Assembly (NCBI GenBank): GCA_964016885.1
Contig: OZ024752.1
Location: 5,518,001 to 5,582,000 of the forward strand
Direction of reading: 5' to 3'
DNA length: 64,000 nt
DNA from: Eledone cirrhosa
Lineage: Eukaryota
Part shown: positions 61,801 through 64,000 of the stretch, one piece after another
How positions within the stretch are numbered: position 1 is the first letter of the stretch
Layout: the number at the start of each line of letters is the position of its first letter
The notes under the pieces: model-generated
The model's input: the letters and a program-made list of their open reading frames with translations, nothing else
Told to the model about the DNA's origin: nothing
Database searches by the model: none
Made by a program: the position numbers and the translations under genes

Positions 61801-64000
61801 CTGTTCCCTGCAGGACAGTCTTGGCAGGCACTGAAGATCTTGTTGTACTGTTCCCTGCAGGACAGTCTTGGCAGGCCCTGAAGATCTTGTTGTACTGTTC
61901 CCTGCAGGACAGTCCTGGCAGACCCTGAAGATCTTCCTGTACTGTTCCCTGCAGGACAGTCTTGGCAGACCCTGAAGATCTTACTGTACTGTTCCCTGCA
62001 GGACAGTCTTGGCAGGCCCTGAAGATCTTGTTGTACTGTTCCCTGCAGGACAGTCCTGGCAGACCCTGAAGATCTTACTGTACTGTTCCCTGCAGGACAG
62101 TCCTGGCAGACCCTGAAGATCTTACTGTACTGTTCCCTGCAGGACAGTCTTGGCAGACCCTGAAGATCTTGTTGTACTGTTCCCTGCAGGACAGTCTTGG
62201 CAGACCCTGAAGATCTTACTGTACTGTTCCCTGCAGGACAGTCTTGGCAGGCCCTGAAGATCTTGTTGTACTGTTCCCTGCAGGACAGTCCTGGCAGACC
62301 CTGAAGATCTTACTGTACTGTTCCCTGCAGGACAGTCCTGGCAGACCCTGAATATGTTACTGTACTGTTCCCTGCAGGACAGTCTTGGCAGACCCTGAAG
62401 ATCTTGTTGTACTGTTCCCTGCAGGACAGTCTTGGCAGACCCTGAAGATCTTACTGTACTGTTCCCTGCAGGACAGTCTTGGCAGACCCTGAAGTTCTTG
62501 TTGTACTGTTCCCTGCAGGACAGTCTTGGCAGGCCCTGAAGATCTTACTGTATTGTTCCCTGCAGGACAGTCTTGGCAGACCCTGAAGATCTTACTGTTC
62601 TGTTCCCTGCAGGACAGTCTTGGCAGACCCTGAAGATCTTGTTGTACTGTTCCCTGCAGGACAGTCTCGGCAGACCCTGAAGATCTTGTTGTACTGTTCC
62701 CTGCAGGACAGTCTTGGCAGACCCTGAAGATCTTACTGTACTGTTCCCTGCAGGACATTCTTGGCAGACCCTGAAGATCTTACTGTACTGTTCCCTGCAG
62801 GACAGTCTTGGCAGGCCCTTAAGATCTTACTGTACTGTTCCCTGCAGGACAGTCTTGGCAGGCCCTGAAGATCCTACTGTACTGTTCCCTGCAGGACAGT
62901 CTTGGCAGACCCTGAAGATCTTGTTGTACTGTTCCCTGCAGGACAGTCTTGGCAGGCCCTGAAGATCTTACTGTACTGTTCCCTGCAGGACAGTCTTGGC
63001 AGACCCTGAAGATCTTACTGTACTGTTCCCTGCAGGACAGTTTTGGCAGGCCCTGAACATCCTACTGTACTGTTCCCTGCAGGACAGTCTTGGCAGACCC
63101 TGAAGATCTTGTGGTACTGTTCCCTGCAGGACAGTCTTGGCAGGCCCTGAAGATCTTGTTGCACTGTTCCCTGCAGGACAGTCTTGGCAGACCCTGAAGA
63201 TCTTGTTGTACTGTTCCCTGCAGGACAGTCTTGGCAGACCCTGAAGATCTTGTTGTACTGTTCCCTGCAGGACAGTCTTGGCCGGCCCTGAAGATCTTGT
63301 TGTACTGTTCCCTGCAGGACAGTCTTGGCAGGCCCTGAAGATCTTGTTGTACTGTTCCCTGCAGGACAGTCTTGGCAGACCCTGAAGATCTTACTGTACT
63401 GTTCCCTGCAGGACAGTCTTGGCAGACCCTGAAGATCTTACTGTACTGTTCCCTGCAGGACAGTCCTGGCAGACCCTGAAGATCTTGTTGTACTGTTCCC
63501 TGCAGGACAGTCTTGGCAGACCCTGAAGATCTTACTGTACTGTTCCCTGCAGGACAGTCTTGGCCGGCCCTGAAGATATTGTTGTACTGTTCCCTGCAGG
63601 ACAGTCTTGGCAGGCCCTGAAGATCTTGTTGTACTGTTCCCTGCAGGACAGTCTTGGCAGGCCCTGAAGATCTTACTGTACTGTTCCCTGCAGGACAGTC
63701 TTGGCAGACCCTGAAGATCTTACTGTACTGTTCCCTGCAGGACAGTCCTGGCAGACCCTGAAGATCTTGTTGTACTGTTCCCTGCAGGACAGTCTTGGCA
63801 GACCCTGAAGATCTTACTGTACTGTTTCCTGCAGGACAGTCTTGTCAGACCCTGAAGATCTTACTGTACTGTTCCCTGCAGGACAGTCTTGGCAGGCCCT
63901 GAAGATCCTACTGTACTGTTCCCTGCAGGACAGTCTTGTCAGACCCTGAAGATCTTCTTGTACTGTTCCCTGCAGGACAGTCTTGGCAGACCCTGAAGAT
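46758..64000. repeat. 47-bp satellite, about 367 units, running off the window end (BBS2 intron 10)
   Basis: Unit TGTACTGTTCCCTGCAGGACAGTC[C/T]TGGCAG[A/G]CCCTGAAGATCTT[AC/GT]. The ORF track shows a 47-aa periodicity (3 units). Confidence 0.98.

Noticed and set aside
46758-64000. 47-bp array as a CRISPR array or repeat-protein gene
   Set aside because: There are no unique spacers or cas genes and the context is a eukaryotic intron. The ORFs are short by-products of a unit length not divisible by three.
46758-64000. CTGAAGA in each unit as a hammerhead core (retrozyme-like satellite)
   Set aside because: The unit has no GAAA element or compatible stems on either strand.

Overview
AT-rich, microsatellite-dense animal genomic DNA. 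The RTE/SINE repertoire suggests a mollusc, probably an octopus; this is inference. The window holds the first 10 coding exons of BBS2 (Bardet-Biedl syndrome 2, + strand, ATG at 15979), all with GT-AG boundaries and consistent phases; the gene continues beyond the window. A candidate RFX/X-box promoter and 5' UTR exon lie at about 14.1-14.9 kb. Introns and flanks are filled with retroelements: PHD-bearing RTE LINEs, a 5'-truncated RTE with three C2H2 fingers and a 34-bp TSD, a CR1/L2-group LINE, CRE-like and R4-like fragments, tRNA-derived SINEs, and a Penelope-like element (RT + GIY-YIG) with an inverted pseudo-LTR. Most notable: (1) the BBS2 exon 8 donor site is amplified into a 21-bp array of 11 CAG|GTATGT donors, 10 of them in frame; (2) a >17 kb 47-bp satellite derived from RTE coding sequence fills intron 10, with three binary variant sites, higher-order duplications and a sense-strand 3' splice-site-like motif in each unit; (3) six minimal type I hammerhead ribozyme motifs fall into two structural classes, and two fold-back palindromes are built from hammerhead-like halves.
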